The translations under genes were made by a program, and so were the position numbers. The notes beneath the pieces are model-generated. The model ran no database searches, was not told the DNA's origin, and saw nothing but the letters and a program-made list of their open reading frames with translations. From an uncultured Oligoflexales bacterium (GTDB taxonomy: Bacteria > Bdellovibrionota_B > Oligoflexia > Oligoflexales > CAZZCU01): a stretch of 64,000 nucleotides of DNA. Shown piece by piece: positions 20,656 to 29,927 of this stretch (positions are counted from its first letter, which is position 1; the number at the start of each line of letters is the position of its first letter). Location: contig CAZZCU010000002.1 of the NCBI GenBank assembly GCA_964652825.1, forward strand, positions 33,369-97,368, read 5' to 3'.

Positions 20656-21312
20656 CTATTTTTTACGCAACAAATACAAGCCATCGGCGATATGCAGCAT
20701 CAAGTGCTCAACGCGAGAATCCGTGCGTACGCGCTTGTTGAAGGAACGAATGGCTTCGGTTGAATTGCTACGATCATTGCCATCGATGACTTTGCCATCC
20801 CAAATAACGTTATCGACAATAATCAGACCACCGGTGCGTAGCAGTTCCAATCCTAATTCGTAGTACGTCCAAAGATTAGCCTTATCAGCGTCAATAAACG
20901 CCAGATCAAAACTACCGTCACCAAACTCCACTTTGATCTTACCCAGCGTTGTGAAAGCTTCGCCGAGGCGCAAATCAATCTTGTTAGCGAGACCAGCCTC
21001 CGCGAAAAAATTACGCGCGATTTTTGATGTTTCTTCGTTCACGTCCAGCGAAATCAACCGACCGGAATCCGGCAAAGCCGAAGCCATGGAAATGGCGCTA
21101 TAACCGGTAAAACAGCCCACTTCCAAAACACGATGCGCGCCCATCAACTTGATGAGCAAATGTAAAAACATTCCTTGGTCCGGACTAATCATCATCTGCG
21201 CGCCCGGCAGACTACGCGTTGTCTCTTCAACCTTTTTGAGGACCGCATGCGGTAGATCGCTTTGCTGCAAGACATAGTCGTAAAGAGGCGGCGTCATCGG
21301 TGTGGTTTTCAT
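20656..21312 (-). CDS. class I SAM-dependent O-methyltransferase (caffeoyl-CoA OMT-like)
   Basis: 218 aa. Motifs VLEVGCFTGYS and AFIDADKANL are present. Confidence 0.85.
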   Translation of the reverse strand: MKTTPMTPPLYDYVLQQSDLPHAVLKKVEETTRSLPGAQMMISPDQGMFLHLLIKLMGAHRVLEVGCFTGYSAISMASALPDSGRLISLDVNEETSKIARNFFAEAGLANKIDLRLGEAFTTLGKIKVEFGDGSFDLAFIDADKANLWTYYELGLELLRTGGLIIVDNVIWDGKVIDGNDRSNSTEAIRSFNKRVRTDSRVEHLMLHIADGLYLLRKK

Positions 21313-21325
21313 GACCTGAATATCC

Positions 21326-22204
21326 TTACAACAAAAATTGTTTCGCGCTCGTCAATGCCTGCGTGGGTACATATTTCCCTTTAGCATCCTGTTCGACACG
21401 CGCAGCCACCGTGTTGGGATCATGCGTAAAAAACAACCAAACCGGTTGGCTCACGATTTCTTTATATAACGCTAGCTTCTCATCAATAACCTGCTCGGCA
21501 TTGCGATCGTAACCCATCGTGATCGGAGCATGCATCCAGGCACTTCCTGGTATTAAGTCTCCAGCAAAAATCATGCTCTTTTCCGCACCACGAACTTCGG
21601 TATGCATCTGACCCGGCGTATGCCCGTGCGAGAAACGAAATTTAATGATGCTTTCGTGGCCTGGTAACTCATGACCATCCACGACACACAAACGTCCGGA
21701 GGCCTGGAGTTTTTCCACCATGCCCGGAATAAAGGAAGCGCGATCACGTGGATGCGGTTGCGTGGCTCGGTTGAGCGCCTCACGGCCGACGACGTAAGTG
21801 GCTTTGGGGAATAATAACCGGTCACCGCCAGCTTGAATCTCGGCAAACGTCGGCAGCAAACCCCCGGCATGATCAAAATGCAGATGTGACAGAATCACGA
21901 CATCGATATCGCCTTCGCCAATGCCCGCCTGTTGCAAATTATCCAGCAGTACGTGCCGCGTGTCCTTGACACCATAGCGATCCGCCAATTTTGGATCAAA
22001 AAAGGCGCCGATGCCGGTTTCGCATAGGATTCGTTTGCCGTCGTACTCGATCAGCAAGCAACGACAAGCCAGTTCGATGCGGCCTTGCGTATCAGGTGGA
22101 AGCCATTTTTCCCAGACCGGCCGCGGCGCATTGCCAAACATGGCGCCGCCATCTAACCATTGGCGGTTGCCTTCGATGGCCGTTACTCGTACCGCGGAAG
22201 TCAT
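21326..22204 (-). CDS. MBL-fold metallo-hydrolase
   Basis: 292 aa with the HxHxDH motif (SHLHFDHAGG). Confidence 0.85.
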   Translation of the reverse strand: MTSAVRVTAIEGNRQWLDGGAMFGNAPRPVWEKWLPPDTQGRIELACRCLLIEYDGKRILCETGIGAFFDPKLADRYGVKDTRHVLLDNLQQAGIGEGDIDVVILSHLHFDHAGGLLPTFAEIQAGGDRLLFPKATYVVGREALNRATQPHPRDRASFIPGMVEKLQASGRLCVVDGHELPGHESIIKFRFSHGHTPGQMHTEVRGAEKSMIFAGDLIPGSAWMHAPITMGYDRNAEQVIDEKLALYKEIVSQPVWLFFTHDPNTVAARVEQDAKGKYVPTQALTSAKQFLL

Positions 22205-22272
22205 ATTACAAACTCTCCAACATAGCTGAAATTATAGGCAAACTCGCAGATTTTATGGGTTTCAGCAAGTGA

Positions 22273-22815
22273 TTAATATTTGTGCGTTTCGGGCAAATGC
22301 CTATTTGACGGAAGCGGCAGGGCACGACATGGGACGTTATCAACAAAGTCTGTGGATAACTCCTCATCATGTACCGGCCGCGGCCTATCACTAGGTCGTA
22401 CCGTGAAACGAAAATCTCCATCACCATGCCTCCCTTCGCCTGCTGCAACCAAAACAAATTCCCAATAGGGACGTTCAGCATCTCCGTATTCATTGAGCAG
22501 CAACATGCAGTCGGTTGTAGCCACGTCCCGGTTTAAGCCAACAATGTAACGATCGACCAGCATTGTCCGCTCAGAGCCATCAGCGGCCGCGGCACAGGCG
22601 AAAATCGCCAATCTTTGATCGCGTCCAAGCCAGACACCGATCCACTCGCCAGACGCGAGCAACTGATAACTGCTGCCAGGCAACGCGCAGCGCGGTGCTT
22701 CCCCCGCCAACGCGCTTGTAGTCCGCCAATCACTCGACATCCAAAGTATCCATCCCAACAATAGGAGGATGATTTGCCGCCTTGATTGATTTTGTGTGTG
22801 TTTTTTCACGCGCAT
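22273..22815 (-). CDS. hypothetical secreted protein
   Basis: 180-aa ORF with an N-terminal basic then hydrophobic signal (RRQIILLLLGWILW). I recognise no motif. Confidence 0.4.
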   Translation of the reverse strand: MRVKKHTQNQSRRQIILLLLGWILWMSSDWRTTSALAGEAPRCALPGSSYQLLASGEWIGVWLGRDQRLAIFACAAAADGSERTMLVDRYIVGLNRDVATTDCMLLLNEYGDAERPYWEFVLVAAGEGRHGDGDFRFTVRPSDRPRPVHDEELSTDFVDNVPCRALPLPSNRHLPETHKY

Positions 22816-22954
22816 TTTGGTCTCCTTCGCCCTCTCAGATGACGGCCACCTTTATCCTTCAAGAAATCTGCCATCTAATCCCGCAGGTCAGCCACTGACA
22901 TCCGCAATAACATCAATAACATACTAATTTTATTGTATTTTTATAGGCCCTACT

Positions 22955-22981
22955 TAATTTTTATCGCTCGTCTGCCGATAA
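22955..22981 (+). promoter_or_regulatory. candidate sigma-28 (FliA) promoter
   Basis: The sequence is TAATTTTT-N11-GCCGATAA. The -35 element matches 6/8 and the -10 element matches perfectly at 22974..22981. It ends 72 nt upstream of the 23053 start. Confidence 0.5.
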
Positions 22982-23052
22982 GGATTTGGTGCGGCGGCTA
23001 AAGAACCAGCAACAAATTCAAGGCATTAGTCCATAAAACACCGAGGCGAAAC

Positions 23053-25833
23053 GTGCGGCCTATTAGATATTTAATCTCATCGCAACAACTCCGCCGTGTT
23101 GTCGCCCTCGTCATCGCCTGCGTGATCTCTCTAGCCGCTGATATTCATGAGCAAACACGTGCTGATACGCTGCAATCACCACTCAAGCAAATTGAGCGCC
23201 CGGGTTTTGCCCGCGGTCAATTCAAAATCCGCACCTTTGCTTTCAATAATCCCGCTGACAGAGTTCTCGAACAATTCCGACGCGGACAACTTACACTCGA
23301 CCAGGCTGTCTCGCGTACGTTGTATGATCGCCTGCTGCACCACGGTATCGAAATCCGCAGCCGCGCCGCCACCACCAGCTTTGCTCTGCATGGCACCGGC
23401 GGCAGTCGTGAGTATCGCTTCTTTGCCAACAACACGCCGTTCTGCCACTACCAGGTAAAAGCGCACGATGTCGCCGGTCAACAGCCCACGCTGATGGGTG
23501 TTTATCCGGATATCGATACGTTATATGCACCGAGCACTGATGAGTGGCCAGATTTTGCCGAAACATTATCCGTCGCCGCCGACGCTTTGGCACAATTTGG
23601 CGTCAGTGGCGATACCGCCGCCATCGAAAAAACACGGTGCCTGGTTGTCGACAATCAGCAATTGCAACCGGTCTGGGCTATTCTCGCCCGCGCCAACGGC
23701 CGTCACTACCGCGTGCTTGCCGACGAGCTACGCAGTTATGAAATCCAGCGTGCTTACTTCGATGCTACCGGGATGGCCAAAGTTTATGAACGTAATCCGA
23801 GCGAGTCGGAACTCAAGGAATTCACGCTCACCGATTTAACCGGCAACAACACCATGACCAGTACTTACTTCACGACCGAAGTGCATGGTGTCACGCGCGC
23901 TAATAATACCAATCACCAATTCGTCTACAGTCCCTCCGACAAACGTTTCGACGAGGCTTCGGCATTTACACATGCATCGGTCATGCTGAAATGGTTCTTC
24001 GACCTTGGCTATGAATGGCAAGCCGGCCAACAGATTGTTATCAGCGTCAACAATCCACATCCTGATATTGTTAATAATGCTCAGTATGATCCGGGCGGTG
24101 GTAGCATTCCACCAGCGATTATCATCGGTTCTGGCGACGGCAATTTGTTGCAGAATCTGCCGCGTGATGCCGACGTCATATCACATGAGCTTGGTCATCA
24201 CATTATTTACCGAACGCTGACATCCACAGAAGGCGAATCGCTGGTATTGCACGAAGGTATCGCCGACTTCTTTACCTTCGCCCACTCCGGGGACGCCTGT
24301 TTGGGCGAATCGATTTGTCCGGCTAATAGTCCAGTATGCGTCGTCAAAGGCAAATGCCTGCGCACCGCCGACAACGTTTATAAGTTTGGCGACAGTGATT
24401 TGCCACCTGAGAACGCGGCGCATAAGCGCAGCCAATTCATCTCCGGCATGCTATGGGATATTCACAAGAGCGATGCTATCCCGGCAGCGGATTTGACCAA
24501 GTTGGTGCTTAAATCGCTCGACTACCTGCTGGATCGCAGCGGTTATCACGATTTTATTTTGAGCCTCATGATCGCCGACAAAAATCTCTATGATGGAACG
24601 TATGGCTGCAAGATCATTGACGCGGCCAAGGCACGCGGCCTGTCGGAAAAAATCAGCGATATCAATTGTACGCAAGATCTGCCGTCCTTGCTGGAGGATG
24701 GCACCAATCCAGCGACAACACCTCAGAAGAAAAGCAAAAGTAAACGCAGTGGTATTTGCGGCGTTGTCACCGTAACCACTGATGCTAATGGCGGCGCTGG
24801 CAACCGCACCAGCACGCTATTATTGGCGATCGCATTATTGGCACCATTGCTTTGCCGACGGCGAGTGGCCGCGGCATTGGGCAGCGTGTTACTCGGAGGT
24901 ATATTAATCGGCAGCGAAAGTTCGGCAGCCGAACACGCCCTTCTAAAAAAAAAAGATAACAAAACCCTGGCGGTGCTAACCACCATCAGCTGGCATGGCG
25001 ATCACCTGCGACCACACAATCTGAATGTTTTGAACGATCTACGTCGCAGCTATCCGGGCACCCATATCCTGCACTTGATTGACGCCGCCTATTGGACCAA
25101 GAAAGATGCAAACAAACCCGCGACTACCGCCAAAATACGCGCCATCATGCGGCCGGGGGATGAAGTTGGTTTATTTTTGCAGGGCTGGCATTCGCTGCTG
25201 CAAGTCGCGGATGTTAAGCCACGTATCTCACCAACTTTCTGGGGCGACGAAGTCGATCTGAAAGATTGCGATCCTGATTGCGGTCGCGAAGTACCACTGA
25301 CTGAATACAGTGCTGATGACGTCGAGAAACTTATTAAGGTCGCCTTACAGCAATTCGGTGATGCCGGCTTATCGCGGCCGCGCAGTGTGCAAGTCGCCGG
25401 CTGGTTGACCTCAACACCCATCCTGGAGGTTTTGGCGCGCAATGGTTTTAGCACTGACATTTCATCGGTTCCCCCGTCGATACTTCAGACGCGCTTGCAA
25501 CGTTATCCGATCTTTGCCTGGTTAAAAACCCGCTGGCAAAGCATCACGCCGCTGACTGGCGCCCGCGTGACCGAGACCGGTGCCGGGAAAATAATCGAAG
25601 CCGTCGCCAATACAGCCGCCACGGAATTCGTCACGCCACAACAGGTCGTGCAGCTTGCCAAGGACTTGCACGATGGCGGCTTGCTACGCACACATGTGAT
25701 TCATCTGAACCTCAATCAAGAGACCGCCGCAGAACACTATCCAAGATGGCGCGCCACCATGCAGGCCCTACAAGCCCATGCCGACGCCAATAATCTTAAA
25801 CTGCACTTTTTGTCGCTACCCCTAGCATTCTAA
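23053..25833 (+). CDS. secreted M4 (thermolysin)-like zinc metalloprotease, fused in frame to a second about 320-aa module
   Basis: GTG start with GAGG Shine-Dalgarno, followed by a signal peptide. Zinc motif HELGHH...(20 aa)...HEGIADFF. Residues about 566-604 look like a CTERM-type sorting signal. Residues 605-926 form a separate module that starts with GTG and a signal-peptide-like stretch. Confidence 0.75.
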   Translation: MRPIRYLISSQQLRRVVALVIACVISLAADIHEQTRADTLQSPLKQIERPGFARGQFKIRTFAFNNPADRVLEQFRRGQLTLDQAVSRTLYDRLLHHGIEIRSRAATTSFALHGTGGSREYRFFANNTPFCHYQVKAHDVAGQQPTLMGVYPDIDTLYAPSTDEWPDFAETLSVAADALAQFGVSGDTAAIEKTRCLVVDNQQLQPVWAILARANGRHYRVLADELRSYEIQRAYFDATGMAKVYERNPSESELKEFTLTDLTGNNTMTSTYFTTEVHGVTRANNTNHQFVYSPSDKRFDEASAFTHASVMLKWFFDLGYEWQAGQQIVISVNNPHPDIVNNAQYDPGGGSIPPAIIIGSGDGNLLQNLPRDADVISHELGHHIIYRTLTSTEGESLVLHEGIADFFTFAHSGDACLGESICPANSPVCVVKGKCLRTADNVYKFGDSDLPPENAAHKRSQFISGMLWDIHKSDAIPAADLTKLVLKSLDYLLDRSGYHDFILSLMIADKNLYDGTYGCKIIDAAKARGLSEKISDINCTQDLPSLLEDGTNPATTPQKKSKSKRSGICGVVTVTTDANGGAGNRTSTLLLAIALLAPLLCRRRVAAALGSVLLGGILIGSESSAAEHALLKKKDNKTLAVLTTISWHGDHLRPHNLNVLNDLRRSYPGTHILHLIDAAYWTKKDANKPATTAKIRAIMRPGDEVGLFLQGWHSLLQVADVKPRISPTFWGDEVDLKDCDPDCGREVPLTEYSADDVEKLIKVALQQFGDAGLSRPRSVQVAGWLTSTPILEVLARNGFSTDISSVPPSILQTRLQRYPIFAWLKTRWQSITPLTGARVTETGAGKIIEAVANTAATEFVTPQQVVQLAKDLHDGGLLRTHVIHLNLNQETAAEHYPRWRATMQALQAHADANNLKLHFLSLPLAF

Positions 25834-25944
25834 GACTCCAGGCAACGAGCCTTCTTGCATTTTATCAACGTCGCCGCTATGATCCTCCACAGTTCTCGCT
25901 AAAAAACAAAAGTACAAATTTTATTTCCGCCGCAGGGAGGCACC

Positions 25945-27465
25945 ATGCTTAAGTATGTGCAAGCAGCAGCCGTAGGATGTGGACTTATCGTCAGCGTCGC
26001 TTACGGTCACACGAATCCGGAAGCCAAAATTAGCGCACGCGTTCAGCTCGAACTTGCTAGCGAACAGGCGATTCCCGCGATCGTGTTGATGAAGGAAAAG
26101 GCTGACTTAACACCGGCGGCTCACCTGCAAAGCAAAGCCGAAAAAGGCCGATTCGTTTATGATGCCTTGCGTCATGTCGCCGCCGACTCGCAAGCGGGAC
26201 TGGTTGCATTTCTAAAAGAACGCGGCATCAAACATCATAGCTATTATATTACCAACATGGTGGCGGTATTCGACGCCGATGCAAAACTCATTCAGGAAAT
26301 TGCAGCGCGATCGGACGTGGAAAAAATTGTCGGCAACGTTACCTTCAACAGTTTGCCACCGGTCACCTTCACCGCAATGACGCCATGGAGTCAGCAATCG
26401 TTGCTGGCGGTCGGACCCAATATCAGCAGCACCGGCGCAGACCGGGCCTGGACGGAATTAAACGCGCGCGGCCAGGGAATGGTCGTTGCCAGTCAGGACA
26501 CCGGCGTACAATGGGACCACCCGGGATTGCGTCGCCAGTATCGTGGCAACAATGTCGATGGAACCAGTACGCACAATTATCATTGGCACGACGCGATCCG
26601 TGAACGCATTGGCTCGGGCAAAAACCGCTGCGGTTATGCCACCGAAGCACCCTGCGATGACCACGGTCACGGCACGCATACGGTTGGCACTATGATCGGC
26701 GATGATGACGTCGGCAATCAGGTCGGCATGGCGCCCAACGCGCAATGGATCGGTTGCCGCAATATGGATGCGGGCATTGGCCGCCCGACAACTTACATTG
26801 AGTGCTTTGAGTTTTTCCTGGCGCCCTACCCGCATGGCGGCAACGCTCTTACCGATGGCAATCCTGACATGGCGCCACATGTGATCAATAATTCCTGGGG
26901 CTGCCCACGCAGCGAAGGTTGTCAGGCTGATGAAATCCGACCAGTATTACAAGCACTGGACGCCGCTGGTATCGCAGTAGTAGCCGCGGCTGGTAACGAA
27001 GGTTCGGCGTGCCAAACTATTACCGACGCACCGGCCATGCATTCTGATTTAACTGTGTCAGTTGGTGCGCATGATTATCGGAATGGTAATATCGCGTCGT
27101 TTTCGAGTCGTGGCCCGTCAAAATTTGACGGCAAGATCGGTCCGGACGTAACAGCGCCGGGCGTGAGCATCCGCTCGACTGTTCCAGGCGGCGGTTATTC
27201 GGCATCGATGTGGAGTGGCACGTCCATGGCAGCGCCGCATGTTGCGGGTCTGGTGGCATTGATGTGGTCAGCAAATCCACAACTCGTCGGTGACATGGCG
27301 ACAACCACCGCGATGATCACCAGTACGGCAACCGCGAAAACCTCCACGCAAACGTGTGGCGGTACGGCCGGCTCAGCGATACCCAATAATACGTTCGGTC
27401 ATGGCTTGATCAATGCCTATGAAGCAGTCAAAGCCGCAACCAACACTGGCAACGATGCACTGTAG
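25945..27465 (+). CDS. S8 family (subtilisin-like) serine peptidase, secreted
   Basis: Signal peptide. Catalytic-triad motifs VASQDTGV, HGHGTHTVGT and SGTSMAAPHVAG. GGAGG Shine-Dalgarno. Confidence 0.92.
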   Translation: MLKYVQAAAVGCGLIVSVAYGHTNPEAKISARVQLELASEQAIPAIVLMKEKADLTPAAHLQSKAEKGRFVYDALRHVAADSQAGLVAFLKERGIKHHSYYITNMVAVFDADAKLIQEIAARSDVEKIVGNVTFNSLPPVTFTAMTPWSQQSLLAVGPNISSTGADRAWTELNARGQGMVVASQDTGVQWDHPGLRRQYRGNNVDGTSTHNYHWHDAIRERIGSGKNRCGYATEAPCDDHGHGTHTVGTMIGDDDVGNQVGMAPNAQWIGCRNMDAGIGRPTTYIECFEFFLAPYPHGGNALTDGNPDMAPHVINNSWGCPRSEGCQADEIRPVLQALDAAGIAVVAAAGNEGSACQTITDAPAMHSDLTVSVGAHDYRNGNIASFSSRGPSKFDGKIGPDVTAPGVSIRSTVPGGGYSASMWSGTSMAAPHVAGLVALMWSANPQLVGDMATTTAMITSTATAKTSTQTCGGTAGSAIPNNTFGHGLINAYEAVKAATNTGNDAL

Positions 27466-27487
27466 TTTGGTTGTAGCTTAAGAAAGG

Positions 27488-28300
27488 GTGGGTTGTGTGG
27501 AGTCTGCAGTTTATCTTGATATACACACCCACCTCACTCACGAAAAATTCGCCTTTGATCTGTCGGACGTTATTCAGCGCGCCGAGAGTGCCGGTGTGGG
27601 CGTTATGGTTGTCAATGGGTTGGAGCCGATCTCCAATCGTCAGGTTCTACAGCTAGCGACGCAGCACGCCAGCATTCAACCGGCACTGGGAATTTATCCT
27701 ATCGATGCAGTAAATCATCTGGTGCCAGAAGATTTTCCGCACCGTCTCGCCCGCTTCGTAGTGGACGATGAGATCGCTTTTATCCGTGAGCAGGCGCGGT
27801 CTGGCAAACTTGTTGCCATCGGTGAGTGTGGGCTTGATGGACACTGGCTACCAGCTGAGACTTTTGCGGCGCAGGAAAGGGTTTTTCTCGCCCTGCTGGA
27901 GATCGCGGCGGATTATGATCTGCCGGCCGTAATTCACACGCGCAAACTCGAACAACGCGCCATGGACATTCTCGCGCATCATCGCTTGCGACGAGTGAAT
28001 TTTCATTGCTTCGGCGGCAAAGTTAAGCTCGCGCTCGCCGGCGCCGAGCAACATGGCTGGTACTTTTCGATCCCGGCCAATGCCGCCAACAACGAAGCCT
28101 TCACCAAAATGCTCAAGCAGCTACCAGCAGAAAAAATCCTTACCGAAACCGACGCGCCTTATCTGGCCCCCGTGCGCGGCGAACGCAACGAACCAGCCAA
28201 TGTTGTTGGAACAGTGGCTTATTTGGCAAAACTGCGTGGCTGGGATGTCGAGACGGCGAAAATGCAAGTCTGGAAGAATTTCCAAGCTTTAGTGAATTAA
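27488..28300 (+). CDS. TatD family metal-dependent hydrolase
   Basis: 270 aa. Motifs DIHTHL, GECGLD, VIHTR and ETDAPYL are present. Non-ATG (GTG) start. Confidence 0.9.
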   Translation: MGCVESAVYLDIHTHLTHEKFAFDLSDVIQRAESAGVGVMVVNGLEPISNRQVLQLATQHASIQPALGIYPIDAVNHLVPEDFPHRLARFVVDDEIAFIREQARSGKLVAIGECGLDGHWLPAETFAAQERVFLALLEIAADYDLPAVIHTRKLEQRAMDILAHHRLRRVNFHCFGGKVKLALAGAEQHGWYFSIPANAANNEAFTKMLKQLPAEKILTETDAPYLAPVRGERNEPANVVGTVAYLAKLRGWDVETAKMQVWKNFQALVN

Positions 28301-28340
28301 AAAACCGGCCCCATGCATGCTGCAATGGAGCCGGCTCAAA

Positions 28341-29015
28341 TTACAACGAAATTTTGTTGGCAGCTTCCGCTTGCTCGCACTCGCGATCCAAGAGGTAGAT
28401 TTCGTATTCATCAAAAACTTGCCGCGAACGTTGACCATGACGAATCTCTACCGACGAGTCGGCATATAGCGTGGCACAGTAGGTCTTCGTATAAACATCA
28501 GTTTGACCGGAGGCACCATCTTCACTTGGTTCGGCGGCAGCGGTATAGGTGACCTGGAACGGGATCAACTTCTGAACGCGAATATCATATTCGCCCTGCG
28601 GAAGTTCGTGCATGGAGAATTTGCCAGAACGCATGACGCGTCCGCTCTTGGCATAATCACCTTTCAGGTACACTTCCATACCAGAGGCAAAATTACGATT
28701 ATCAAACGGTGTCAGAAAATTGATTTCATATTCCGCTTCGGTGAGCGCCATGCCATTTTGCCCTTGCAGACTCAATAGCTCCTTGAAACGTTGACGCAAA
28801 CTATCAGCATCGAAAAAACTTTTACCCTTAACCCGCAAATCTTGAGCGGAAGTCACTTGGCCCTCAAAGCAACCGCTGCGTTTGCTCAAGCGGCACTCGC
28901 CATCGCTAAGCTCGTGCTTGTCATCAACCGCACCGCGAAAATCGGTAACCTCGTGATAACAGCCAACCGCTAAAGCCAGCACCCCGGCAAATCCCAAAAC
29001 ACGAATCATCATCAT
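28341..29015 (-). CDS. hypothetical lipoprotein
   Basis: 224 aa with a lipobox (LALAVGC). Confidence 0.5.
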   Translation of the reverse strand: MMMIRVLGFAGVLALAVGCYHEVTDFRGAVDDKHELSDGECRLSKRSGCFEGQVTSAQDLRVKGKSFFDADSLRQRFKELLSLQGQNGMALTEAEYEINFLTPFDNRNFASGMEVYLKGDYAKSGRVMRSGKFSMHELPQGEYDIRVQKLIPFQVTYTAAAEPSEDGASGQTDVYTKTYCATLYADSSVEIRHGQRSRQVFDEYEIYLLDRECEQAEAANKISL

Positions 29016-29294
29016 GGTTCTACCTCCTTATAAACCTGGTTGTGTGCCTTGAAAATGGAATTTAAATCTACACTTACTTACTTGCGCTGGCTACAGCAAG
29101 TGAAAATTGGCTCTCACAATTGTGGAGGCGAGGCGCAAAATCCTCAGACCAGCTACCGCCCATGAATTATACGTCACTGAAGAGTCGAATCTAGTCCATT
29201 TGCCATTCATGTCATTCGCCGACATCCGAGCGGTTCGGTAGATATGGAACCCTTGGAGTTAATTTTATAATTATATGGATATATACATACTTGT

Positions 29295-29588
29295 ATGGCA
29301 AACTGGGAATTCGAGTTTGAATGGGATCTCGTAAAAGAAATCGATAATATCAACAAGCACAATTGCACGTTTATTGAATCGGTAGAATCATTTGCAGATC
29401 CGCATGGGATTCAACTTTTGGATGTAAAACATTCCGATCTGGAAACTCGATTTTACTGGATAGGAAAAACTTCTAGCGACCGAATATTGACAACCTGGTT
29501 TACCAAGCGAGACAGAAAAATTAGAATTATTGGAAGTGCGGAATGGCGCAAATTTCGGAGACTATATGAAACAACCAAAATTGAATGA
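29295..29588 (+). CDS. brnT: BrnT family (DUF497) ribonuclease toxin
   Basis: 97 aa. The pattern FEWD..K...N..KH...F.E....F.D........D......R....G ... ...ARIRIISAR-like C-terminus (RKIRIIGSAEW) is present. It lies in an AT-rich islet. Confidence 0.85.
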   Translation: MANWEFEFEWDLVKEIDNINKHNCTFIESVESFADPHGIQLLDVKHSDLETRFYWIGKTSSDRILTTWFTKRDRKIRIIGSAEWRKFRRLYETTKIE

Positions 29589-29844
29589 AATGAAAATCTA
29601 TATTCACGGAACCAAGTCTATGCGCGCAAAAGCAGCCAAAGCCAAAAAAATTAAAATCACAATCAACATCGACGAAGATGTTCTCTCTTCTCTCCGCGGT
29701 AAAGCAGCTACCACCGGCGTTCCATACCAATCGCTATTAAATCGGCTGCTACGAAATGCCATCGATCAAGCTAATGAAGGTGAATCTCGACTGGATAAGC
29801 TGGAGAGAGAGATGAAAAATCTGAAGAAAAAATTGTCCGCCTAG
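29566..29844 (+). CDS. brnA: BrnA family antitoxin (CopG/RHH-like)
   Basis: It overlaps the brnT 3' end. The C-terminal GVPYQSLLNRLLRNAI is typical of BrnA. The start is ambiguous among 29530, 29566 and 29590. Confidence 0.75.
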   Translation: MKQPKLNEMKIYIHGTKSMRAKAAKAKKIKITINIDEDVLSSLRGKAATTGVPYQSLLNRLLRNAIDQANEGESRLDKLEREMKNLKKKLSA

Positions 29845-29858
29845 GACTAGGAGTTAGA

Positions 29859-29916
29859 GGGACACACGACTGAACCCGATCTTTTTACAAATAATTCGGG
29901 TTCAGTCGTGTGTCCC
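29859..29916. terminator. perfect 21-bp inverted repeat (16-nt loop) between convergent genes; probable bidirectional terminator
   Basis: GGGACACACGACTGAACCCGA (29859..29879) is the exact reverse complement of TCGGGTTCAGTCGTGTGTCCC (29896..29916). Confidence 0.55.
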
Positions 29917-29927
29917 TTAAATGTGTC

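Noticed and set aside
22926-22947. An AT-rich motif AATTT(T/A)(A/T)TTG(T/A)ATTTTTA recurs at about 8171, 22926 and 38466.
   Set aside because: The shared exact core is only 11 nt (TTGTATTTTTA). Hundreds of chance 11-mer repeats are expected in 64 kb, and more in AT-rich spacers. The positions relative to downstream genes are inconsistent.
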